The translations under genes were made by a program, and so were the position numbers. From a bacterium (GTDB taxonomy: Bacteria; Patescibacteriota; Minisyncoccia; JBBINA01), in assembly GCA_037444125.1 (NCBI GenBank), contig JBBINA010000002.1, positions 6,272 through 70,271 of the forward strand: 64,000 nucleotides of DNA. Direction: 5' to 3'. Below, in pieces: positions 12,348 through 21,207 of the stretch. The number at the start of each line of letters is the position of its first letter. Within the stretch, counting starts at the first letter, position 1. A model generated the notes under the pieces. The model was not told the DNA's origin. It was given only the letters and a program-made list of their open reading frames with translations, and searched no databases.

Positions 12348-13150
12348 AGATTTTCGTGTTTAGAAAAATTAACATAAGCATACACCAACAAATTATTAAG
12401 GTCAATATAGTATTCAGAAGAAACTGGTATCGTTATCTCAAAATCTCTCCGCTTAAATGGTTCTATATCATAAAGTATTGTTGAACCAGCGGTTACAATC
12501 TTTTGTGTATCTCTAGAATCGTAAAAGATAGCAATAACTTCAACCTCTTTATAATTAATAACACTATCATTAAAAAGATGACCTCTAACAATAATTCTTC
12601 TGCCAACCTCCACATCACTTTCATCAAGCTCAACGGGCTCTTTTTCTAAAACTAAATTTTTTAAAAAAACAGGTTTTTTATCGCTCTTAATAAGTTTTGC
12701 CACCTCAACTGCTGCGTCAGTTATATCATCAAAAATAAGAAATGCCGGCGACAGGACAAATCTTTTCTCAAATTGATTAAGAAATTCGGAAAAATATTTC
12801 TCCTCCACTACGCCACCACCTCCTCCTTTAAAAATTATCTTATATTCCACACTCTTATAGGCAGTATCTGGATTCAAATTCTCAGCTTCAAAAATAACGC
12901 GATAATAATTATTATTTAAACGCAAGATATTAACATTACTTATGTTTATCTGCCTCTCGCTTTTGCACGGTACGCACACTCCGCCACAATCAACATCCTC
13001 TTCATTTTGATTTTTTATTTTGTCAAAACAAGTAGCTATAACCTGCGGTGAAGAAAACATTTGATAAAGAATATAATAGAAAAATGCCAAAAACAGAAAC
13101 CATATTATGGCAATCTGGGTTTTCTTAAAAACGCGTCTTATTTCATTCAT
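12344..13150 (-). CDS. hypothetical membrane-anchored Cys-rich protein
   Basis: N-terminal TM. The stop overlaps the uppS start (ATGA). Confidence 0.45.
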   Translation of the reverse strand: MNEIRRVFKKTQIAIIWFLFLAFFYYILYQMFSSPQVIATCFDKIKNQNEEDVDCGGVCVPCKSERQINISNVNILRLNNNYYRVIFEAENLNPDTAYKSVEYKIIFKGGGGGVVEEKYFSEFLNQFEKRFVLSPAFLIFDDITDAAVEVAKLIKSDKKPVFLKNLVLEKEPVELDESDVEVGRRIIVRGHLFNDSVINYKEVEVIAIFYDSRDTQKIVTAGSTILYDIEPFKRRDFEITIPVSSEYYIDLNNLLVYAYVNFSKHENL

Positions 13151-13451
13151 AATGAAAATTATATAAAAATAGGGCTGATTTGCAAATATTAATTAAAATG
13201 GCTTACCTAAATCAGGCGTTAATTACGTGGGCTAATTTCATCTTGTTTTTCTTTCCTAGTTACATTACTATTTTAACCAGTTTTAAATTAAATTACTAAT
13301 AAAAAGTAAAAAGTAATTATGTTATTTTCTTGAAGAAAAATTAAAACAACGCATAGATTTAACACATAAAAATCTATGAAATTTTATAAATAAACGTCTT
13401 TGCTATGTTTAACTTTTTAACAATCTTGAAATAAAAAATAGATGTAATATA

Positions 13452-13471
13452 ATATCAATGCAAATTGATAT
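13452..13471. promoter_or_regulatory. perfect palindrome ATATCAAT-gcaa-ATTGATAT overlapping a TATAAT -10; candidate ArsR operator
   Basis: Read directly, about 65 nt upstream of the arsR-like start. ArsR/SmtB regulators bind inverted repeats overlapping their own promoter. Confidence 0.45.
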
Positions 13472-13534
13472 TTAAAATTAATTACTGTAAAAATAAAAAA
13501 TCAAAAAAACAATCTTAAAGAAGTAGTTAAATTT

Positions 13535-13786
13535 TTGAAGATAATTTCAGAAGAAAACCGCCTGAAAATTTTGTGCATTTTGCAAAAACAAAAAAAGTGC
13601 GTTTGCGAAATTTGGCAATTTTTAAATTTACCGCAGAACTTAACCTCCCATCATCTTAAAATATTGAAAAACGCCGGTTTAATCAATTTAAAGAAAAAAG
13701 GAACTAGAATTTTTTATTTTTTAAATAAGAAAAACATTAAAAAGTCGATATCTTTATTAAATAAATTTTTAAATAACCAAATATGA
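13535..13786 (+). CDS. arsR: ArsR/SmtB family transcriptional regulator
   Basis: 83 aa. A CVCEIW metal-binding-like segment precedes a winged-HTH pattern (LTSHHLKILKNAGLI). Confidence 0.7.
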   Translation: MKIISEENRLKILCILQKQKKCVCEIWQFLNLPQNLTSHHLKILKNAGLINLKKKGTRIFYFLNKKNIKKSISLLNKFLNNQI

Positions 13787-14022
13787 CTATCAAAATTTTA
13801 GGTTCCGGCTGTCCTAATTGCCAAAAATTAGAAGAAAACGCTAAAAAGGCTATTAAAGAACTAGGATTAAAAGATGTAAAAATTGAACACATCTACGATA
13901 TAAACAAAATAGTGGAAATGGGTATAATGTCCACGCCAGCCTTAGTAGTAAATAATCAAATAAAAATCGCCGGCAGAATTGCCGATGTAGCAGAAATCAA
14001 AGAGTTGCTAAAAAATCTCTAA
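13783..14022 (+). CDS. small thioredoxin-fold redox-active disulfide protein
   Basis: 79 aa with a GSGCPNC CxxC motif. Start overlaps the arsR stop (ATGA). Confidence 0.65.
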   Translation: MTIKILGSGCPNCQKLEENAKKAIKELGLKDVKIEHIYDINKIVEMGIMSTPALVVNNQIKIAGRIADVAEIKELLKNL

Positions 14023-14030
14023 TTCTAATT

Positions 14031-15011
14031 ATGATAAAAGCGCTTGTTGATTATTTAATTTTTCATTTGCTTAATTCCTTTCTTCAAGCTAAAGGAATTT
14101 ACCTTTCTGAACGAACTTTAGACATTATCAACTTCTTTATTTACGATGTTGTTAAAATTGGGCTTTTGCTTTTTATTATCACTTTTTTTGTTTCAATAAT
14201 TAAAGAATATTTAAGGCCGGAAAAAATAAGAAATTTTTTATCAGGTAAAAAATTGGGATTAGGTAATTTTTTGGCCGCTTGCCTTGGAGCCATTACTCCT
14301 TTTTGCACTTGCTCCGCTATCCCTTTGTTTATTGGTTTGACGAAAGCTAATATTCCTTTAGGCGTAACCTTTTCTTTTTTAATTGCTTCTCCTTTGATTA
14401 ATGAGGTAGCAGTAATGCTCCTTTTTGGTCTCTTTGGTTTTAAGTTTGTTTTAGTTTATGTTTTAGCTGGACTTATTGCCGCTGTTTTTGGCGGTTATTT
14501 TATCGGTAGGTTAAAATTAGAAAATCAAATAGAAAAAAGTGTTTTAAATCTCAAAAAAGAAGGTTCTAACCTTTCTTTTATTCCCCAAAAATATTCATTA
14601 GATCGAACAATAAGAATTGGTATAAGTTCGGCAAAACAGATTTTAAGGCAAGTTGGCCCTTATATTCTTATTGGCGTTGGAATTGGCGCTTTTATTCACG
14701 GTTATGTGCCAGCTGATTTTGTTGCAGGTATTACTAAAAAAGCAGGAATTTTAGCTGTCCCTGCTGCGGTGATTATTGGTGTTCCGCTTTATTCTCACAT
14801 TGCTGGCGTTTTGCCAATTGCCCAAGCGCTTTATGAAAAAGGTATGGCTATTGGTACTTTAATGACTTTTATTATGGCAACTGTTGGCCTTTCTTTGCCG
14901 CAAATGATAATTCTGAGTCGTTTAATAAAACTTAAACTTTTAGCTATTTTTGTTTTTACTATCTCAACATTTTTTATCATTTTTGGTTATATTTTCAACT
15001 TAATTTTTTAA
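14031..15011 (+). CDS. ArsP-like permease (DUF318/PF03773 family)
   Basis: Polytopic membrane protein with a TPFCTCSAIPLF motif resembling the ArsP TPFcSCS signature. Confidence 0.6.
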   Translation: MIKALVDYLIFHLLNSFLQAKGIYLSERTLDIINFFIYDVVKIGLLLFIITFFVSIIKEYLRPEKIRNFLSGKKLGLGNFLAACLGAITPFCTCSAIPLFIGLTKANIPLGVTFSFLIASPLINEVAVMLLFGLFGFKFVLVYVLAGLIAAVFGGYFIGRLKLENQIEKSVLNLKKEGSNLSFIPQKYSLDRTIRIGISSAKQILRQVGPYILIGVGIGAFIHGYVPADFVAGITKKAGILAVPAAVIIGVPLYSHIAGVLPIAQALYEKGMAIGTLMTFIMATVGLSLPQMIILSRLIKLKLLAIFVFTISTFFIIFGYIFNLIF

Positions 15012-15057
15012 AAGGTCGACATTTTTTATAATTAATTAAATTTATTAATAAAAATTT

Positions 15058-15324
15058 ATGAAAGTATTAAAATTCGGTGCCGAGTGGTGCTCAGGATGCA
15101 TTGTTATGAGGCCTCGGTGGAAAGAAATTGGAAATTGAAGGTGAGCTACCTTGGTTAAAACAGAATATTATGACTATGACAAAGACAAAGAAATGGTAGA
15201 AAAATACAAAATTGACAAAAATCTACCAACTTTTGTTTTTCTTGATAAAGATGGAAATGAAATCCTACGCCTTCACGGCGAACCATCTAAAGAAGAACTT
15301 TTTGAAAGTTATTGAAGAAAATAA
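15058..15324 (+). pseudogene. thioredoxin (WCSGC) reading frame interrupted by in-frame TGA codons
   Basis: The frame from the ATG gives AEWCSGC...TEYYDYDKDKEMVEKYKIDKNLPTFVFLDKDGNEIL (thioredoxin-like). It contains TGA at 15136 and 15142 and a terminal TGA at 15313. Confidence 0.5.
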
Positions 15325-15338
15325 AGATAAATAAATTT

Positions 15339-15929
15339 ATGTTAAAAAAACAATAATTTTACTTCTGGGGGTTGTTGTTGCTTTTGTTTTTTTCTTCACT
15401 TCAGTCTTTAAAACGGAAAAAAATTTTGCCGAAGAGGTCGAAGAAAAAGTAAATATTTACTTTTTCTGGGGTGAAGGTTGTCCGCATTGCGCTAAAGAAA
15501 AACTTTTTTTAGAAAAACTTGCCAATAAAATACCCACAAGTTAATATTTATGATTTTGAAGTTTGGTATAAAAACGAAAATAGACAATTACTTATTGAAG
15601 TCGGCAAAAAATTAAACGCCACTGTTCCAGGCGTCCCTTTTACAGTTTTTGGGGAAAAATATTTTACTGATTGGTATAACGAACAAAGCACCGGAGCGGC
15701 GATAGAAGATGCGGTAAAATTAGTTTTACAAAAAAGCTCTCGCGATGTGATTGGCGAGTTATTAGCTTTAAAACCGGAAGAGAAGAACTTAGAGGAAAAA
15801 TTTGAAAAAGAGAACAAAAGATCACCAATTCCTCAAAAAATTAAAGTCCCCTTTTTAGGAGAGATTGAAACAAAAAATCTATCTTTACCCGTGCTTGCAG
15901 TTATTTTTGGAAACGTTGGATGGTTTTAA
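15339..15929 (+). pseudogene. membrane-anchored thioredoxin-fold protein (FWGEGCPHC) with homopolymer frameshifts
   Basis: MLKK (frame 0) switches to a TM helix plus CPHC domain (frame +2) at an A7 run (15344-15350). It returns to frame 0 at an A4 run (15527-15530), giving YPQVNIYDFEV...VPGVPFTVFGEKYF. Confidence 0.45.
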
Positions 15930-15939
15930 CCCATGCACT

Positions 15940-16580
15940 ATGTGGGCTTTGCTATTTTTAATTAGCTTGCTTTTGGGAATGAAGGATAAGAAAAGAATGT
16001 GAATTTTGGGAAGCGCCTTTATTATTGCTTCAGCCTCTGTTTATTTTCTTTTTATGGCTGCTTGACTCAACCTTCTTTTATTTATAGGTTTTATTGTCTG
16101 GATAAGAGTAGCAATCGGCTTACTAGCTTTAGGTGGCGGCATTTATAATCTACGCGAATTTTTTATTAATAAAACAAGCGGTTGCAAAGTGACCGGTGAA
16201 AAAAGCGACAAAAAGTTTTTGAAAAACTAAAATCGATTACCCAAAAACAACAATTTTTGCTGGCTTTAGTTGGAATAATAATTTTAGCTGGAGCAGTAAA
16301 CCTGGTCGAACTGATTTGTTCAGCGGGCTTACCAGTGGTATTTATACAGATTTTAACTTTAAGTAGTTTGGCAAAATGGCAGTATTATCTTTATATGCTA
16401 ATTTATATTTTTGTTTTTATGTTAGACGGCTTGTTTGTCTTTTTTGCCGCTATGATAACCTTACAAATGACTGGCATCACCACAAAATATACTCGTTTTT
16501 CTCATCTTATTGGCGGAATTTTAATGTTGATTATAAGAATTTTGCTTATCTTAAAACCAGAATGGTTAATGTTTGGATAA
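15940..16580 (+). pseudogene. CcdA/DsbD-like disulfide-reductant membrane domain (WFNPCTMWALL and ELICSAGLPVVF Cys motifs), disrupted
   Basis: In-frame TGA at 16000 and 16063. Frameshift in an A-run near 16209-16214. Likely originally fused to the upstream thioredoxin-fold ORF through a T4-run frameshift at 15924-15927. Confidence 0.4.
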
Positions 16581-17192
16581 GTATTATAATAATATATCGT
16601 ATTTTGCGAAACCTTAAATTTATTTTTATTGAACAACAATATTTTGAGAGATGATTAGTTTTTGTTCCATTGGTTCTTCGCCTCCAGGTTCCGTTACTTT
16701 TTCATACACATTCACAACATAATTACCTGAAGGAATATTTTGAAGTTTAGCTTCTATTTTAGAAAAGCATCTACATTTACAACCAATACCACTCCACACC
16801 TCATAAATGTTTCTAACTGAATTTGCTTTTCAATCAGCTTTTCTACAGCAAAGATGGTTTATTGCCCTTAAATATAAAACTTCATTTCCTATGTTTGGTC
16901 CTTCTCAGTTTCTTTACCAAAAGATAAAGATTTAGTGACCATCCCTTTGTCAGTTTTAGCACAACCTTTTACTAAAGAAGAAAGAGTAATATTTGAAGAT
17001 TTGATGATGATAATGTTGTTAGTTTTTTTAGGAATTATCCTAAAGATAGATTCCAACTATCCCAATGATTAAGAAGACAAAAACTAATGAAACTATTATT
17101 TTTTTTGTTCATAATAAAGCAAATTTTATTTGGAGATTTTAATCTCCATAGTAGGTCCTTCAATATTTAAAAATTTTAAGTCATCGTATTTA

Positions 17193-18617
17193 CTAACCAT
17201 TTTTTAAACTCTCATAAATTAAATTATCAATTTCTTCTCGCAATTTTTTGATTTGTTCTTTGTATTGATTACTTTTTTCTTCCCGTTGCTGTATTTCTAA
17301 AACAATTTTTTGTTGAGTTTTTTTATCAATTGCCGGAATAGGGAGTTTTCTAATAGACCAGTTTGTAATTTCCTTTTGGCTTTTACCAGTTGAAAAAGCC
17401 CAGAAGAAATCTGAACCAAAAGAAGATTGTAAATAGTATTTTAGAAAAAGGGCATCATCTAAATTATTGAACTCTATAACCGCAAGGTGGTGAGACGGAA
17501 TAAATATTCGTTCATCATTGGTGTCTTTATTAAAAATAATACATTTTCCAATTGTACCAGAGCGGGTCAAGATTAAATTATTCTCATTTATTGCAATGTT
17601 TTTATATTGTTCTCCTATAACATCTTGTAAGAAAATTGGTTCTTCTAAATTCAATTCGTTTGAGGAAATATTATTGACTCTTAAATATACAAAATTTGTA
17701 TCATAAGAAGAATAATATTTCTTTGGGATATACTCTCCACTTCTAATTTTTTTAACATATTTAGTAAAAGGTATGTAATTTCCTTTTAAATTTTCTTTTA
17801 CAAATATAGGCAATTCATCCTCAATAAATCTACAAAGGTAAGTTCTAATACTTAACCAGTTTGATTTAGATATATTTTTAAAATTATTTTTCAAATTGTA
17901 TTCTTCATCTCTTTTTAGTTTTGGTCTTGTTGAATATCCATTCTTAACAAAAACATCATCAATGATATCTTGAATAGATTCAATTTTTTTCTTAGTAGAT
18001 CGAATTTTGTTTTCTATTTCTTCTATTTTTTTAACTATTGTTATTTGCTTTTGATAATTGATAAATGGAACTTTCATTGCAAGAAAATCTGGTATGTGTA
18101 TTCGTGGATGAGTTTTCCCTGATGTTAAAAGTTCTAAATCACTTCTAAAACTTTTATGAAGAAGCAAATACATTAGAAATTTGATGTCCCAACTTCTGCT
18201 TTTTAATCTATAACCAATTAGTTCTGTAGTTCCTATAATTTTTTTTGCTTTATCATTTAAAAAGCAGTGGCCTTTTTCAGGGGTGAGTTTTGAATATACA
18301 ATATCAGCATCATTGAAAAAGGTTTTGTCAGATCCTATCTCTGCAACCACAATCTCATTTTTTATAGCACCAAATCCAGGTTCAATGTCATCTAAATCGG
18401 CTAAAATCATTTCTTCTTCTAATTCACCCTTTTTTATTGTTGTAGTATTAGCAAGGTCTAAAATCTTACCTAACGGCATACCTGTTTTTCTGCTCTTTTT
18501 TAATAATTCAGTAATATTATTTTTTTCATCTTTAAAATATCTGTACTTAGAATCTAGACGTAATTGTTTTTGAAGTCCTATTTTAAAAAAGTTTGTACTA
18601 AAAATTATCTGTTCCAT
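17193..18617 (-). CDS. hsdS: restriction-modification specificity subunit (HsdS-like, two target-recognition domains)
   Basis: 474 aa. Conserved central and C-terminal coiled-coil repeats are typical of HsdS. Overlaps the MTase gene by 13 nt. Confidence 0.75.
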   Translation of the reverse strand: MEQIIFSTNFFKIGLQKQLRLDSKYRYFKDEKNNITELLKKSRKTGMPLGKILDLANTTTIKKGELEEEMILADLDDIEPGFGAIKNEIVVAEIGSDKTFFNDADIVYSKLTPEKGHCFLNDKAKKIIGTTELIGYRLKSRSWDIKFLMYLLLHKSFRSDLELLTSGKTHPRIHIPDFLAMKVPFINYQKQITIVKKIEEIENKIRSTKKKIESIQDIIDDVFVKNGYSTRPKLKRDEEYNLKNNFKNISKSNWLSIRTYLCRFIEDELPIFVKENLKGNYIPFTKYVKKIRSGEYIPKKYYSSYDTNFVYLRVNNISSNELNLEEPIFLQDVIGEQYKNIAINENNLILTRSGTIGKCIIFNKDTNDERIFIPSHHLAVIEFNNLDDALFLKYYLQSSFGSDFFWAFSTGKSQKEITNWSIRKLPIPAIDKKTQQKIVLEIQQREEKSNQYKEQIKKLREEIDNLIYESLKNG

Positions 18618-20971
18618 TTTACATATTTTCTTAAATAATCCAAAATAGTTTTTGGATTATTAGTATCGATATAAATTATTCTGTCTGAATACTCTCCTTC
18701 CGAATTAAAAAGTTGATTAGGACGTTTTTCTTCTTTGCGAACCCCTCGCTTATAGCCAATTTCTTCAGCGTGAGCCATAAATATAGGGTAGTCCTGCTCT
18801 TTAGATACATTTTTAAACACCCACCATTCAAGATCGGCTTCTTGTATATTTTCTTCATATTTCTCTTTAAGTTCTTTAAATGATAGTTTTTTATCTTCAG
18901 GGTCAAAATTTTCTTCTCCTAAAAGTTGAATTAAAAGTTCTATAAATTTCTTTTTATTTTCTTCCTTCTCTGATTTTAATAATTTTTTTATTTCAGAAAT
19001 CAGTTCTTTGTATTCATCTTCGTACTTTGACCATAACTTATTCCACTCTTCTACCTCTTCTTTGGTTTTCTTTTGCGCGAAAAGCAAGCTCGTTTTTGTT
19101 TGAGTATAAGGTGCGAAAGCTAAATGAGGTAATGAAACAACCGCTTTAATCCAAAAATATTTATAAAGGAAGAGCCGGATATCTCTATTGCTGGTTGTAT
19201 CAAAAACGCTTTCGGGGAGAACAACGCCCATTCGCCCGCCTTCTCTCAATAATTGATACCACCTTTCTATAAAAAGATTTTCTGTATCAACTTCCAATTC
19301 TTTGTTATTTTTAAGAGTCTTTGCTATTTTTTCTCCTCTCAAATAAAGCCTTGGAAACTGCTTAGCTGTATCTCTGTCTACGGTCACACTAAATGGTGGA
19401 TTAGAAACTACTACATCAAATTGTTCGTTTACAGGAAATGAATAAACTTTGCTTTCATGTTTTTCTGCTAATTTTCTGTGATAATTACTAAAATCAATTA
19501 AACCGTCGGCAGGCTCAATATTTGCGGAACCATCGCCATGGCCAACCATATTTACTTTTGAAGCCATCGCCAAATCAGAATTTATTTCAATACCATAAAT
19601 ATATTCGTCTGCCCAGGCATTTTTGCGCAATCTTTGAAAATTTTTGTCTAAAAATTCTTGTGTTGCGTAATCTTTTTTGATTTTGCCCTCCTTTTCTGCT
19701 TCCTCCTTAACTTTATCAATTAGTTTCATCGCGTGAATTAAAAATGTCCCAGAACCGCATGCAGGATCAATAATATAAGGCAATCTCGTTTCATTGTTTA
19801 TTAAGTTTAAAGTTAATTCATCTAATCTTAGAGCATACAGGATAAAATCAACTATATTCGGATGTGTAAGATATTGTCCTTTTGTTTGTTTTAGTTCTTG
19901 CCTAACAATTTTCTCAAAGAAATCACCGAGAACATCATACTTATTTTGTAAGAAAGATATGTCTTGCAGCACCTCAACAACATATTTTACTTTTGGGGCA
20001 TCAAAAATTATGTCTTTTACCTTCTCTAAATCTTCATCTTTATAATTTAATAATCGTTTTAATGCACAATCTTTATATTTTCCAGTTTTAGAATCTTTCT
20101 CGCCTTTATAAAGCTTGTTAATTCTTTTATAGGTTTTTTCTGGGGGTTCTTGGTCTAATCCTTCAAAGAAAATTTGAAATTGGTAAGGTTCGCCTTCTGG
20201 CGTTGTTTTCTCGTCGTAAATTTTTGCCAAAAACATCCCGATTAAATTAAAGAAAAGCTCGTTTTGATACTTACCCCCACCCCATAAAATATTGTGGAGT
20301 TCTCTTGCAATCCTATCTAATTCTTCCTTTTTTACATCTAATCTTAAATCTTTTTCTCCTCCTTTTATAAATGCCGGCGGCTTATCTTTAATTTCATAAT
20401 TTTTTGGAATATATCTTAAATTAGGACGACCAGCAGCCTCCCAATCATCAAAAGATTTAAATTTTGTGTAATCTATTGTCTCGTATTTTTCTTGTAATTT
20501 GCCATCATCGTCATACCAACGAGTGTAATAAATAAGAAATTTTAAAGTTCCTTTACCCTTATCTTCTGTAGCAGCAGGTTCAAAAAGTTGGGTTTTAATT
20601 GAAGATTCAAAATATCTTTCGTAATCATCTCGGGGCTTTAACTCAAAAAGCATAAATGGATTATGGTTCTCATTATAAACAACGATATCCATTTTAATAT
20701 CTGTTCTTTTGTGAGGATGCCCGATCTTTCGATATTTCTCTAATTCAATTTTATCTGGTCTGTAGTTATACTTTTCTATTAAATCTACATACAGTTCTGC
20801 TCTAACTTGCTCCTCCGGATCTAAAAAATTATCGGTATACCCTTGGGCTAAATAAGTAATTTTGAAACCATCGTGACTAATCAAAATATAACCCTTTTCT
20901 TCCCCGAGCTTAACTAAGAAAGATTTTTCACCAGTAATAATTTCTTCTTTTTGTGGTTTGTATTGTGCCAT
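18605..20971 (-). CDS. N6-adenine DNA methyltransferase (gamma class) with N-terminal PD-(D/E)xK nuclease-like domain
   Basis: Motif I DPACGSGTFL and motif IV NPPF are present. The N-terminus has a D-x13-ELK pattern (MDIVVYNENHNPFMLFELKP). 788 aa is larger than a typical HsdM. Confidence 0.7.
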   Translation of the reverse strand: MAQYKPQKEEIITGEKSFLVKLGEEKGYILISHDGFKITYLAQGYTDNFLDPEEQVRAELYVDLIEKYNYRPDKIELEKYRKIGHPHKRTDIKMDIVVYNENHNPFMLFELKPRDDYERYFESSIKTQLFEPAATEDKGKGTLKFLIYYTRWYDDDGKLQEKYETIDYTKFKSFDDWEAAGRPNLRYIPKNYEIKDKPPAFIKGGEKDLRLDVKKEELDRIARELHNILWGGGKYQNELFFNLIGMFLAKIYDEKTTPEGEPYQFQIFFEGLDQEPPEKTYKRINKLYKGEKDSKTGKYKDCALKRLLNYKDEDLEKVKDIIFDAPKVKYVVEVLQDISFLQNKYDVLGDFFEKIVRQELKQTKGQYLTHPNIVDFILYALRLDELTLNLINNETRLPYIIDPACGSGTFLIHAMKLIDKVKEEAEKEGKIKKDYATQEFLDKNFQRLRKNAWADEYIYGIEINSDLAMASKVNMVGHGDGSANIEPADGLIDFSNYHRKLAEKHESKVYSFPVNEQFDVVVSNPPFSVTVDRDTAKQFPRLYLRGEKIAKTLKNNKELEVDTENLFIERWYQLLREGGRMGVVLPESVFDTTSNRDIRLFLYKYFWIKAVVSLPHLAFAPYTQTKTSLLFAQKKTKEEVEEWNKLWSKYEDEYKELISEIKKLLKSEKEENKKKFIELLIQLLGEENFDPEDKKLSFKELKEKYEENIQEADLEWWVFKNVSKEQDYPIFMAHAEEIGYKRGVRKEEKRPNQLFNSEGEYSDRIIYIDTNNPKTILDYLRKYVKWNR

Positions 20972-21135
20972 ATTTATTTCACTTATTTTTTTTATTAATT
21001 CTATTGAATTCTTTTTTCAACCGCTTAATCTCGGCTAAAAGTTTTTCTTTTGATTGATTTTGTATCTTTTTTATAGCCATAACTTTTTACTTCAATAAAA
21101 AATCATCACAATCTAAAGAACTTTAGCTAATCTTG

Positions 21136-21207
21136 TGGACCCGAGGGGACTCGAACCCCTGACCTCCCGCGTGCAAGACGGGCGTTCTACCGCTGAACTA
21201 CAGGCCC
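21136..21207 (-). tRNA. tRNA-Ala (anticodon UGC)
   Basis: Cloverleaf folded by hand: acceptor GGGCCUG with a G3:U70 pair, anticodon loop CUUGCAC, T-arm GGTTCGAGTCC. CCA is not encoded. Confidence 0.9.

Noticed and set aside
20979-21080. 33-codon ORF (MAIKKIQNQSKEKLLAEIKRLKKEFNRINKKNK) 8 nt upstream of the methyltransferase gene
   Set aside because: It is too short and low-complexity to call a gene. It has no HTH, as a C-protein controller would, and its only support is position. Not listed as a feature; it is mentioned under the RM finding.
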